The translations under genes and the position numbers were made by a program. Shown here in pieces: positions 19,899 to 31,643 of a stretch of 64,000 bases of DNA (its first letter is position 1; each line of letters opens with the position of its first letter). The stretch is from Candidatus Latescibacterota bacterium (GTDB lineage: Bacteria > Krumholzibacteriota > Krumholzibacteriia > WVZY01). Location: positions 128,001-192,000 of the forward strand of contig CAWBQK010000009.1 of assembly GCA_963791045.1 (NCBI GenBank), read 5' to 3'. A model generated the notes under the pieces. It made no database searches. It saw only the letters and a list, made by a program, of their open reading frames with translations, and was not told where the DNA came from.

Positions 19899-19992
19899 AT
19901 CAGTATGGCGTTCCGACCGACCCGCACCGGCATCAAGACAGTGATTGCATCGGAGGCGGGCGTATATATAATAGACGGCACATGGGACTGAT

Positions 19993-21108
19993 ATGAAAAA
20001 CCAACCGCCATATCGCATTCTGATTTCCGACACCATCCGTGTATGGGGTGGGGCACAACGATTTATTCTCGAGCTTGCCGAGGGGCTCGCCGCGCGCGGG
20101 CACTATGTCGCGATACAGACGTTTCCCGGTTCGCCGCTCGCCGTTCGTGCGCGTGAGCATGGTCTGCCCGTCTTCGAAGTGGCTTCGCGTGTCGATGCGG
20201 CGCCGTGGACGGTGCTTCCGCTTGCGTGGAAGTTTCGCCGCGACCCTTACGATTTCGTCATCACAACGTTCGACAAGGATCTGCGCACGACGGGGCTAGC
20301 CGCGCGTCTCGCGGGCGGTGGCGCCACCGTGATACATACACGCGAGTGTGACGATCCCGTCAAAAACAAGGCGCGGTACCGGTGGTTTTATACGAAAGTC
20401 GCACACCACATCATAGTCAACAGCAAGGCGACGCAGAAAACCACGCTCGACTCGGCTCCGTGGCTTCCCAAGGAGCGAACGAGCATTCTCTACAAAGGAA
20501 TCGATCTGTCCGAGTACGATCCGCTCGATCCCGCCGACTGGCCGGAGAAACTCAACCCCAACGGCGATCGTGTTGTTATTGGTTACGCCGGTCAGCTTAT
20601 CGGCCGGAAGCGTCTCGATGTCGTGATGCGGCTTCTCGCCAGACCCGAGTTCGATGATCTTCCGTGGACACTCGCCGTCGCCGGCACGGGTCCCGACGAG
20701 GCAAAACTACACGAACTTGCCAAACAACTAAAAATCGACGATCGAGTGATCTTCAACGGTTTTGTGACGGGCGTTCATCGGTGGATGTGCGCGATCGATA
20801 TTTTCATCCTCCCTTCTTTTATAGAAGGATTCGGGTACGTCCTTGCCGAAGCGGGCGCCGCCGGAAAACCGTCCGTGGCTTACCGTGCGAGCAGCATCCC
20901 CGAAGTTGTCGCCGAAAACAAAACGGCGTTTCTCGCCGCCGAGGGGGACGACGACGAATTCGCCGCGCACTTGAAAACACTCGTCACCGACTCTGACCTG
21001 CGCCGTCAGATGGGCGCCGCGGCGCGCAGAGACGCATTCGAACGCCACGGCCTCGACAAGATGATCGACCGCACCGAGGAAATACTCGGCAACCTCGCGA
21101 AACTATAA
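19993..21108 (+). CDS. Glycosyltransferase family 4 (GT-B)
   Basis: WGGAQR, YKGIDL and PSFIEGFGYVLAEAGAAGKP (E-x7-E). Confidence 0.93.
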   Translation: MKNQPPYRILISDTIRVWGGAQRFILELAEGLAARGHYVAIQTFPGSPLAVRAREHGLPVFEVASRVDAAPWTVLPLAWKFRRDPYDFVITTFDKDLRTTGLAARLAGGGATVIHTRECDDPVKNKARYRWFYTKVAHHIIVNSKATQKTTLDSAPWLPKERTSILYKGIDLSEYDPLDPADWPEKLNPNGDRVVIGYAGQLIGRKRLDVVMRLLARPEFDDLPWTLAVAGTGPDEAKLHELAKQLKIDDRVIFNGFVTGVHRWMCAIDIFILPSFIEGFGYVLAEAGAAGKPSVAYRASSIPEVVAENKTAFLAAEGDDDEFAAHLKTLVTDSDLRRQMGAAARRDAFERHGLDKMIDRTEEILGNLAKL

Positions 21109-21124
21109 ATCCGTAAAAAATCTC

Positions 21125-22225
21125 TTAAGGGACGGGGCGCCAGTGCGGATAACGGTTGGGGCCATTGGCGGTGATGATCTTCACTCCGGAGCCGTCTGTT
21201 GCGGCCACGTATATCTCCTTGACATAACCGGCCCTGCCGTTGAATGCGATATAGCGGCCATCGGGGGAGAGATCGGGGAAGACATCGCGGACATCGAACT
21301 GATTTTGCGAGAAAATCTCGTGTGGATGTTTGCCCTGCGGAGAGATCGAGACAAGTTTGTATTTGCCATCGGAGTTGCTCATCAGTGTGTTGTACATTGA
21401 ACGCCTGTCTTCACGTCCCGAAAGATAAACAATGTGCTCCGCCCCGGGCACCCAACCCACCCAATAGATGCCATTCGACACCGAGGCAATCTTCTCGACT
21501 TTTTTTGTGGCAACGATCATAACAAACAACTCGTGTCCCACCGAAAAGACGAGTCTGTCCCCGTTCTCGGAAAACGCCATTGCGTAGATCTGCCGACCGC
21601 CAAATTGAGGAACCAACTCGGGGTCGAGTATCGTCTCACGCGCGCCCGTCGTTCTCGATACAAAGAAAATGTTATCGCCGTTCGAATACGCCACGCTTTC
21701 GCCGTCCGGCGTTAGTGCCATCACGAACACCCGATCGCCCTCGACGAGATACTCGCGCTCTCCCTTGAGCGAGATTCGTTCGATCCCCGAATTGAGTGGC
21801 ACCAGGATCGACTCGCTCCCCGGTTCCCAGAGCGGCGGCGCCACATAATCGGTCATGAGCTTGTGATCGAGATCGAACTGGGGCATCGGGAAATCACGGA
21901 TCGCCACCTCATCGCCCTCATACCAGGCGGCGACAAGCGTGACATTTATCGAGCTTACGGGCAGGCTTGAACCACCCACGTCGAAAACGACCACCTTTTC
22001 CCCATCCGGTGAGAAGCGCGGTGTTATTGTCGCCGTCTCCGACCAGAAAAGCGACCTTGGGTCGCTCCCGTCGGCCGATGCAATAACGATCTCTTTGTAT
22101 TTGTGACTGAAAACCAGGTCATTCTCGGTATCAACCTCGAGACCGAGATACACGCCGCTCTGCCAGCTGCACCCCAAAAACCACGAGACCACCAGAAGGA
22201 GCACGGCCAGAAAGATTGGTTTCAT
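21125..22225 (-). CDS. TolB-like beta-propeller (PD40 repeat) lipoprotein
   Basis: Lipobox FLGC; PRFSPDGEKV, LTPDGESVAY, LSPDGRYIAF and YPHWRP repeats. Confidence 0.8.
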   Translation of the reverse strand: MKPIFLAVLLLVVSWFLGCSWQSGVYLGLEVDTENDLVFSHKYKEIVIASADGSDPRSLFWSETATITPRFSPDGEKVVVFDVGGSSLPVSSINVTLVAAWYEGDEVAIRDFPMPQFDLDHKLMTDYVAPPLWEPGSESILVPLNSGIERISLKGEREYLVEGDRVFVMALTPDGESVAYSNGDNIFFVSRTTGARETILDPELVPQFGGRQIYAMAFSENGDRLVFSVGHELFVMIVATKKVEKIASVSNGIYWVGWVPGAEHIVYLSGREDRRSMYNTLMSNSDGKYKLVSISPQGKHPHEIFSQNQFDVRDVFPDLSPDGRYIAFNGRAGYVKEIYVAATDGSGVKIITANGPNRYPHWRPVP

Positions 22226-22359
22226 GTCGGTCAAACGTCGCATGGCATTAGTCTACAGAATACGGCGGCCTGTTCCCAAGGAAAACAAATTGATATCATG
22301 GTTGAGGTTAAGTACCATTCGAACCATCCCTCAACACGTTCATGGAGGAATATTCACTC

Positions 22360-23777
22360 ATGCGGCGTTCAACACCAGATACTTTTTTGCTCGTCATAAT
22401 ATTCTTGCCGTCGGATTGATGTTCTCGGCGGCCTGCTCCACCACCGATGAATCCGCCGCGCCGGCATCGAAAAAGCCAAATATCATATTCATACTCGCCG
22501 ACGATCTCGGGTGGGGTGACGTCGGGTATTACGGAAGCGAAATCAAAACACCGGTCATCGACAAGCTTGCCGAAACCGGAGTGCGCTTTGACCAGTTCTA
22601 TGCATCGTCTGTATGCTCCCCCACGCGGGCATGTTTTATGACGGGGCGTTATACATTGCGTTACGGTCTTCAAACAGGCGTCATCCGGCCATGGGCGGAG
22701 TTTGGCCTGCCGGCGGATGAACACACACTTGCCGACGTCATGAAACGCTCGGGGTACGCAACGTCTATTTGTGGCAAGTGGCATCTCGGTCACGCGGGGC
22801 GTGAGTACATCCCCACAGAACGAGGCTTTGACCATGCGTACGGTCACTACAATGGTGCGATTGATTATTTCACCCATATCCGTGACGGTGGCCTCGACTG
22901 GCATCGGAACGACGGTCCGCTCGATGAGGACGGGTACTCGACCACGCTAATCGCGCGCGAGGCATGCCGCGTGATCGACGAGCACGTCACGTCGTCGCCG
23001 CTCTTCATGTACGTGTCGTTCAATGCGCCGCACTTCCCTCTCCAGGCTCCTCAGGAATATATCGACCGTTACAAAAACATAAGTCATCCCGGCCGTCGGA
23101 CGTACGCGGCCATGGTCAGCGCGATGGACGACGCGATCGGCGACATTCTCAAAGCGCTCGACAAAAAGAAAATAAGAAAAAACACGCTCGTCGTCTTTTG
23201 CAGCGACAATGGCGGTGACCTTCAGATATCGAGCAACGGCCGTTTCCGTGGCGGAAAGAGGGATCTGTACGAGGGTGGTATCCGCGTGCCGGCAATCGCC
23301 CACTGGCCCGGAGTGCTCACACCACGCGTGGTCAATACGCCGATCCATATGGTCGATATGTTTCCGACGTTTGTCGGACTCGCCGGCGGCGCGATCGATC
23401 CATTGAAATCGTCCGACGGCGTCGATGTATGGCCGACGATTAAAACAGGTGTTCCAACGGGACGTAAAGAACTCGCCCTTGACGTATCACAACTGAGAGG
23501 CGCAATCCGAATTGGCGATTGGAAACTCGTATACAACGGACACCTTAAAGCCACCGACCTCGACAAGAACGGTCCCGACCGCTGGGAGCTTTTTAACATT
23601 GCCGCCGACCCGTATGAAGAGAACGACCTTGCGTCAGTGAATTCGGAACAAGTAGCCGAGATGCAAGACCGGCTCGATTACTATATTGGGAAGGCCGCCC
23701 CCCCGCAATTCGCTCCCAACGAACCACCGCAGGATTACAAACCGCCGCGTTTCTGGGCGCGTTTTATTGACGACTGA
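22360..23777 (+). CDS. Arylsulfatase (formylglycine-dependent), probably a lipoprotein; frameshift in the signal-peptide region
   Basis: PNIIFILADDLG, CSPTRA, GKWHLG and SDNGG motifs. GGAGG at 22344-22348 and ATG at 22360 are in a different frame that joins the main ORF at ~22385-22402. Confidence 0.9.
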
Positions 23778-24136
23778 CTATATTTCACGTCTTTCTTCCC
23801 TCCATGTTTGTACTCCTTGTCGTTGTGCGTTCTGCACGCGGTCAATATCTATTTGGCCGCAATCGACCACGTGCTTAATGCGCATGGCAAATATCCCACA
23901 ATGTAATTGGCCGGAAACAGCCCATTGGTATGGGAACATCTCTGTGTGACCCGAACGCACGCGCAATCTTGAGAAGCATACGTGCATACCCGTGGCCCTC
24001 ACGTACGTCACCGGGCACGTGCGTTGCTGCATCCCCGCAACGCAAGACTAAATCAACCAAACATCTTTGATTTTACGCAGATAATTTTACTGTGGTTTTT
24101 GTGCGTCTGGACATTCAACCAAAGCAGGTGACGGCC

Positions 24137-27100
24137 GTGCGAAGAGTTTCCCAACAACACAGAGCATTCCGCATCATGTTACTCGCGGGTCTCGTTGGAC
24201 TTATCGCCGTAATGGGGAGCGCCGATAGTTTTGCATACACAAAACTCCAGGTGCTTCTTCCGGGCGAGACCGCCGACCCAGGAACGACAACGGGAAAAAC
24301 TGGATCGGCGCGCACACAAACGGTGGGACTCCCGTTCAACGTCCGCGTTCGCGCGTGCGATGATGCGTGGTATACGGATCCGACCGTCACCAACGTTGTC
24401 CGGCTCGGATCGACCGATGAGAGCGCGACGCTCCCCGGTCCGACATCACTCGTCGCGGGTGAAGTGCAACTCACCGTGGTGTTGAACTCGGCCGGAACAT
24501 TCACTTTCTCGGCGACCGATGATTCCGACGGGACGATTCCCGAAGCGGTTTCAACCACGGTCCGGGCGTATGCAATTCAGGGTTTCGAGTTTTCATCGAT
24601 CAACCAAAAGAACCAGTACGCCGGTCAGTCCATGCCGATCACGCTTTGGGCCTTAGACGCGAACGGAAACGTGGTGACCGGTTTTTCCGGACAGGTTCGT
24701 CTTGTCGAGATCACCAGCTACGGCGAAGGACGGATTTCACCCGATGTCGTGACGCTCTCGGGCGGCCAGTGGTCGGGCAGCTTGACAATGTATCGCGCCG
24801 ACGAGACGAGCATCAACCGGGGCAACGTTAACATCTATGCGTTTCTCGACGCCGATCAAACAAAGAACGGGACAAGTGATCCTTTTACCGTTCACCCCGG
24901 CACTCTCGCGCGGGTCCAGGTGGTCGCTCCCGGGCAGAGCCCCCTGCCGGGAAGCGTGAGTGGAGTCACCGGAGTCCCGGCGAGCCAGAGCGCCGGACAG
25001 GCGTTCACCGTCGACGTGTTTTCAACCGACGCGTATTGGAATCCGTTGCCGAGTACCGACATTGTCCGAATTACATCGTCGGACGGCGCGGCGAGCACAC
25101 CGGTATCCGGCGCGCTCGTCGACGGACACCGGCAGTTCTCGCTCTCGCTCGGAACAGTAGGAACACAGACGCTATCGGTTTCGGATCAGACGAACGGATC
25201 GATACAGGGGATGACGACCGCCCCAATTCCCGTGATCCCGAGCGCGCCGCACCACTTCGCAATCTCGACGATTTCCTCGCCGATTACGGCGGGTGATCCA
25301 GTCGCGGTAACAATCCGCGCGGTCGATGTAACGGGGAACACGATCCCCGATTACGACGGGAACGGCGTCCTGTCAGCCAATACCGGTCCGGCGAGTATCT
25401 CGCCCGAAGCGATTCAATTCTCGAATGGCGCGTGGTCGGGGGACATGGTGTTCAAGGGGGCCGGCGGCGCCGTTTCGTTCAACTGTTCGGACTTCTCTTC
25501 CCCGCCTCATATCGGAACGAGCAACAATTTTGAGGTGCTTCCCGGACCGTACATGGGGCTCCAGGTGCTTCTTGAAGGTCAGTCTCCACGTGGCGGGACG
25601 CAGGCGGGATACGAGGGCTCGCCGGACGATCAAAATGCCGGATCAGCATTCACAGTGACCGTCCGCGCCGTCGATGAGTTCTGGAACCGCGTACCCGGGA
25701 TCGACAACTCGATCTCGCTCCTCTCATCCGACGCCTTTGCCGATATGCCGGACGACACCGTCCTCCAGAACGGCGAGCTCGCGTTCCCCGTCACGCTCTA
25801 CCGCGTGGGGCATCAGACGATTACGGCGACCGACATCGATTCATCGACGATTGCATCGCACACATCGTCCCAGGTCAACATTCTTCCCGGTCCGTACGAA
25901 CGGATCGTCATCGTTGCCCCCGGGCAGACGATCGCGCCGGGGTCCGAGGAAGGACGGACGGGCGAGGCGACCGACCAGTCGATCAATTATGCGTTCACCG
26001 TGTCGGTATACGCGACCGACGCCTGGTTCAACCCAGTCGGCGCCGTGACCGACGTCATCAATATCACATCCAACGATCTTCTAGCCGAACTTCCGCCCGA
26101 CGCGACGATGGTCGACGGGCGCGTCGACCTGAGCATTCGTCTTTCGACCGGCGGATACCAGCAGATCACCGCGACCAACGTAACACAGCCCCTCATGCCG
26201 GCAAGCACCACAGAGGTGCGTGCGATATCAAGCGGATTCCATCTGGAAGCGGAAGTAACACCTACGACCCTTCAGGCCGGCGATCCGTTCGAGCTTACTG
26301 TCAAAGTGACAAACGACGCGGGAAGCGTAATACAGGAAATCAATTCGACTGTGACCGTCGAGATCCAGAACGCCGCAACGCAGGAGCCGGGTCGCGGGAT
26401 ACTCGAGAGCACAGAATTCCAGCTTCTCCAGGGGCAGCGGACGGTGACCGAATCCTACACGTTCGCCGAACAGATCGTTCTCGTGATCCATGACGACGCG
26501 GGGAATTCACCCGCGGTGACCGAAGTCATCACTGTGCTCCCCGGTCCACCGGCCTCGATTGCGCTTTCGAGCGATCCGCCGTGGGTTCGCGGCAACAAAC
26601 ACGCGACGATCTCCGCCGCCGTGCTCGACCAGTTCGAAAACGGTGTCCCTGATCAGGTCGTCGTCTTCGATCTCTTGAGCGGAATGGGGACGCTTTCACC
26701 AATCGATTCCGCAACCGCGAGCGACGGGGTCGCCCGCGCGGATTTCCTCAGCCCCCGCGAACCCGAGATCGGACGGATTCGCGCTACGTCGAACGGCATC
26801 GCCTCCGAAATGGATATCGAGACCGCCCTCGTCGATCCCAACAAGCCCGGCGGGACGGTGACGAACTACTCCGAACCCATTCCATCCCGGAGAAGCGCCG
26901 ACAACCATCGCGTACAAACTCTCCGACGACGCACGCGTGACGATGAAGATCTACACGCTGATGGGCGGCCTGGTGTTCGAGAAAGTTTTCGACCTCGGCG
27001 GAGAAGGCGGACGTACCGGGCTCAACGAATTCCAGTGGGACGGACGTAACGGAGAGAACGAACTCGTCGCCAGCGGCGGATACGTTCTGGTGATCGAAGC

Positions 27101-27158
27101 AAAGGGCGAGGGTGAAACCATACACAACATGCGCCGCAAGATCGCGGTCGTGCGCTAG
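24137..27158 (+). CDS. Large secreted Ig-like repeat surface protein with Big_1-like domain and C-terminal FlgD/T9SS-like sorting domain (frameshift at ~26870)
   Basis: Signal peptide ending DSFA; four LQVLLPG...F.V.V.A.D..W repeats. Removing T26870 gives NYPNPFHPGE...WDGRNGENELVASGGY...RRKIAVVR, joining ORFs 24092-27049 and 26937-27158. Confidence 0.8.
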
Positions 27159-27179
27159 AGAAGCGACCAAGGAGGCCTC

Positions 27180-28461
27180 ATGATACGCAGTCTCGAATAT
27201 GTCAAAAATGCCTTCGCGCCGGTCCTTTTGTTGGCGCTCATGCTTGCTGCTATCGGCGCCACAACGGCCCATGCCGAGGATCCCAACAACGGCGTTCCCG
27301 GCGACTGGTTCTCGCGGTACATGGGACCACATCCAGCGGGTCTCGGCGGGGCTTTCGTCGCACTTGCCAACGACCCGACAGGGGTCGTTTGGAACCCGGC
27401 GGGACTCTCGTTCATCTCGCAAAACACCATCCATCTCGAGTCGTCGCGTTACTTCGAATCGACGTCGATCAACGGGTTGAGCTTCGCCGTTCCAAGCCGG
27501 AAATTCCCGAGCATGGGGCTCACGATTCTCAATCTGCGCTCGGGGGATTTCGAGAAAACCAACGAGCTGAACGAATCGCTCGGTGAGTTCAACGAGAGTG
27601 ATATGGCCTTCATCTTTTCCGCATCAAAAACCTCACACACAAGTTTGCGCTCGGCGCCAACCTCAAGATCGTCCGTCAGGCGGTCGACGAGTTCGACGCG
27701 GCGGGCGTGGGAGTCGATCTGGGCCTGATGTTCAACGTACTTCCCACGGTTAGCCTGGGCGCGTCGTTTCTCAACATCGGCGGGCCGTCCGATCAACATG
27801 CGTGAGATCGAAGAAACATATCCGGCGGAATTCAGAGGCGGTGTCGCGTTGAGATTCCTCGACGGCCGGGGCCTTGTGGCCGCCCAGGTGAATCATCGCT
27901 CCGGTCCGGGAACGAGCTTTTTTGGCGGGACGGAGTTCTGGGTGTACCGCTCGCTTGCGCTCCGCGTCGGTTACGCGGCAGCGGATCCAAGCGGCGGTTT
28001 TAGTTACCGTGTGTCGCCGGATATTCGGTTTGACTACGCGGCGACCGATCAGGAACTGGGAATGATACATCGTTTCGGGTTTCCTATGAGTTCGGCGGCT
28101 TCTTCGCCAACTCGGAAGCGGTTCCCGAAGTGTTTTCGCCGCTCGGACAGCAGTCAGTGACGAAGTTCAATCTCAGTGCAAGTACAAAAGCCGCCGCGAG
28201 CTCATGGGGCTTCAAATCGTCGATAAGTCCGGTCAGGTCGTCCGGCGGTTCGCGGAAAAGGGGTTCCTCCCGCGCACATCATGTGGGATGGCAAGGATGA
28301 GACCGGGTTTCCGCTCCCCGACGGCATGTACAAGTACCAGCTCGTGGTCGATTGACGAATTCGGCGACGAACTCGTGGCCCATCTGAGAACCGTCGAGAT
28401 CACGACGGAGGGTCCGAAGGGAACCGTTCCCGTGATCACCGAAACCGCGACGAAGCAGTAA
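27180..28461 (+). CDS. PorV/PorQ-like (FadL-fold) outer-membrane barrel with C-terminal FlgD-like Ig domain (about 6 frameshifts)
   Basis: Signal peptide; LGGAFVALANDPTGVVWNPAGL. Across frames: LGANLKIVRQ...GVDLGL...LALRVGY...FDYA...HRFG, then LQIVDKSGQVVRRF...WDGKDETGFPLPDGMY. Confidence 0.72.
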
Positions 28462-28472
28462 GGAGTTCGCTC

Positions 28473-31400
28473 ATGGATCGCCAAACACGAATCATCGGAT
28501 TTGCCTTCGTTTTGGCTTTGCACCGGGCCGTGGTATGGAGCGCCGACCATGGGCGTCGCGGATGACGGCGCTGTGACGGCACGGCCGGCTGCGCTCAGCG
28601 ATATCGGGATAGAGTTCGACCGTGCTATGCGCGGTCCCGGTCGCGGACGCGCTGGACAATCTGACCGGTCTTGCCGTAGCCTCGATGCGTTCATCAACGA
28701 CAAAGTCTTAAAAAGAGATCGAAAACCGCCGCGTATTTCTTTCCGGGCGAAATTCAGTTCTGGCCTGGCGAATTTCGAAGCCGGCCGCCGATGCATTCGA
28801 GGAAGCGGACAAATCGGACAAGAAAGGATGAATGCCGACGATGCGGCGTTCGCGCGAAATCCTCGCATTCCAGGCCGATGCGGCAACGACGCCGACGCGG
28901 AAAAAAAGTGGCAGGAAGTGGGAGAGAACGTTATCCCCGGAAGCCCGCTCGTCCCGAAGCGCGCCTCGCCGCGAACGTGGAATGCGCTGCGCCGCGGCTC
29001 GCTCAAAGAGGTCGATGTACATCTCACAAAAATTGGAGACTGAGCAACCCTATATGTTGCAGATTCCCGTGTCGTTCTCGCACGAGCGACGGCATCATAT
29101 ATGAGGGGAAAACCCGATGACGCACTCGCACGCTCGCTGCACCCGGTGATAAGCAACAGGCGCCAGCACTATATCTCGCGGACTTCCTACCAGGCCGCGG
29201 GACAGATGCTAAAGGCCGCCGCGCAGTTCCAGACGGTCATCGAGCGATACCCGCTTTCGGGTCTCCGCGATCACGCGATGCTCGCCAAGGCAAATATTTT
29301 TCTCGACAGCGGAGCGTACAAGACCGCCGCGGAAGAATTCGAAATGGTGATCGCGCGCGCCAACGATGCGAATGTCGTCGCGCAGGCGGAACTTCGCCGC
29401 GCGGCTTGCGTCTTCCTCGATAATGATTTCGAAACGGGAACGCAGCTTCTTCGTGACGTCACGGTCAACGCCAGGGCACCGAGGTGGCCGCATGCGCCCA
29501 GCTTCTTCTCGGCGAAGTCATGATGAGCAGGTCACAGTACGATGAGGCGATCCTCGAATTCAACCGCGTGCTCTCGGAATACTTCGAGCACGAGCTTGCC
29601 GCAAGCGCGCAGTACCGCGTGGGACAGTGCCTCGACGCACTCGGCCGACATAAGGAAGCGACGAGCGCCTACCAGCTCGTCGTCTCGGGGTACCCCATGG
29701 CGCCACAGTCTCCGGCGGCGGCATATCTCGCCGGAGTCGGTCTCCTCGAAGAAAACCGGCCCCAGGTCGCGGCGCCCGTATTTCCAGCTCGTCCTCGATC
29801 GTTACACTGGTGACGCGGGCGAAGAGACAATCGTCTTCACATCGCCTGAACGCCAGGAACTCGTCGAGGCATCACTCTGTCTTCTCGAGTATGCGTACCA
29901 CTTGACTGGCGACCTCGGCCGACTCTCCGGCGTACCACACCTCATGCTCCAGCGGATGCCGAAGAGCCCATCGACCGTGGCGCGCATACGCACTACTCAT
30001 CGACGCGGACGCGCTCGCCGCACAGGGGCGTTTCGACGAAGCACAGACCATGCTCGGTTCGCTCATCGTTGAGTTTCCCGAACACGATGCCGCCGTGCCG
30101 GCAAACCGGCTCCTGGCGTGGACGTACGCGAGGCAGGGCAAAGACGAGCTTGCCATCCAGACCGAGGAACGGATGCTCGCCCGTTACGCAGCCGAAGCCG
30201 ATGCGACGAACTTGAGTTCCGCGTATCTCAACAAGGCGCACATTCTTTTCAACCGGAAGCAGTACGCCGACGCCGCCGACACCTATGATGATTTTCTCCG
30301 ACGGTTTCCCGGTCATTCCGACCGGCCGCTCGCGCTCTACCAGGCGGGGCTCTGCCACTACCGGCTCCAACGCACCGGTGACGCCGTCGACCGTTGGGAA
30401 GAACTCGTCGAAACCGACCCATCGGCCGAAATCGCAGAGCGCGCCTGGGCGCGCGCCGGTGACGTTTACTTCCAAACGGCGCATTACGAAGACGCCGGGC
30501 GGTGTTACCAGGGGCTCCTCGATAATTTCGCGGCGAGCCAGGGCGCCGCGCTCGGGATGCTCCGGATGGCGCAGTGCGACTACAACGCGGGCCGTGACGC
30601 CGAGGCGCTCGGCGGGTTTTCGGCGGTCGTTGAACGTTTCCCCGGAACGGGAGTGGGCCGCGAGGCGGAGCGCGGAATCGAACGCGCGCTCTACCGGCTC
30701 GGTCAAAGCGAAGACGGCACCGCGGTACTCGCTCAGCTGGTCGAAGAGTATCCGACAAGTTCATTCGCCGCGGACGCACAGTTTGAAATTGCGATGCGAC
30801 ACTACGAGGCCAAGGAATACACCGACGCAGCCGACGCCTTCCGGCGCGTGATCCGCCAGTTCCCCAGCTACTCGCGATGCCGACCGCGCACACTATCTAA
30901 TGGCGGACGCGTACAGCCAGTCCAGCGCGGACGGTGACGCGGAGCTCGCGTACGAACAGTTCCTGATGTTCTTCCCCGAGAGCGAATTCCGCTCTACGGT
31001 GCGGTTCCGTCTCGCGTCGATGCGTTTCGACGCGGAGGATTACATGCGGGCCGCGGTGGATTTCTCGAGCGTTATCGAAGAGGACACCGATCCCGAAATC
31101 GCCGCGGCCTCGCTCTTTAATCTCGCCATGTGCCAGCGACTGCTCCAGCAAACCGCCGAGGCGAGCGCGACTCTCGAACGGTACCGGGAACTCTACCCCA
31201 ACGACGAGCGCGCGCTCGACGTGGCGTATCAGCTGGGCGATATCTACGAGAACTCGGATCGTCCACAATCCGCAATCGGCGAATACGAAACAGCGTTGAC
31301 CCTTAACCCGGGCGATCTGACGGCGGAGCTTCATTTCCGAATCGGAAACTGCCGTGAAACATTGGGAGACGAAGACAGCGCCGTCGCCGCGTACAAAAAA

Positions 31401-31594
31401 GCTGTCGACACGCGGAACCACCGGATCCGTCCGGTTATCGGCGGTGGCACGATGCGCGGCGATCTATGAAACGAAAAAGTGAATTCAAGAAAGCGATCGC
31501 CGCGTATCGCGATCTCGTCGAAAACGCCGATGACCCAGAGCTCGTTGTCGCTGCCAGGGCGCGAGTCGAAGAGCTCGAAGCCGTCGTGAAGTAG
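28473..31594 (+). CDS. Large (~1000 aa) exported TPR-repeat protein, heavily frameshifted
   Basis: AGGAG + ATG at 28473. TPR segments lie in successive frames (FQTVIERYPLS; AQYRVGQCL; ALYQAGLCHY; YEQFLMFFPES; AYQLGDIY) and end ELEAVVK-TAG at 31594. Confidence 0.75.
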
Positions 31595-31643
31595 ATCGGT
31601 CGACACGAGACTGTCAGCAACAACTCAACAAGGAGACAAGCCG

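Noticed and set aside
19647-20036. Small ORFs in the 19.5-20 kb intergenic region
   Set aside because: No RBS or domain signal; the region is dominated by palindromic repeats.
23880-23940. Possible c-di-GMP-I riboswitch (GGCAAA) before the surface-protein operon
   Set aside because: No GAAA-capped P2 or GACGCAAA segment at the expected spacing.
26870-26870. Programmed frameshift producing the surface protein with or without its CTD
   Set aside because: No slippery heptamer at the site, and it lies at the edge of an indel-dense zone; error is simpler.
28233-29156. 307-aa minus-strand ORF and the 28501-29043 plus-strand ORF as independent genes
   Set aside because: Both are better explained as a shadow or mixed-frame fragments of the frameshifted TPR gene.
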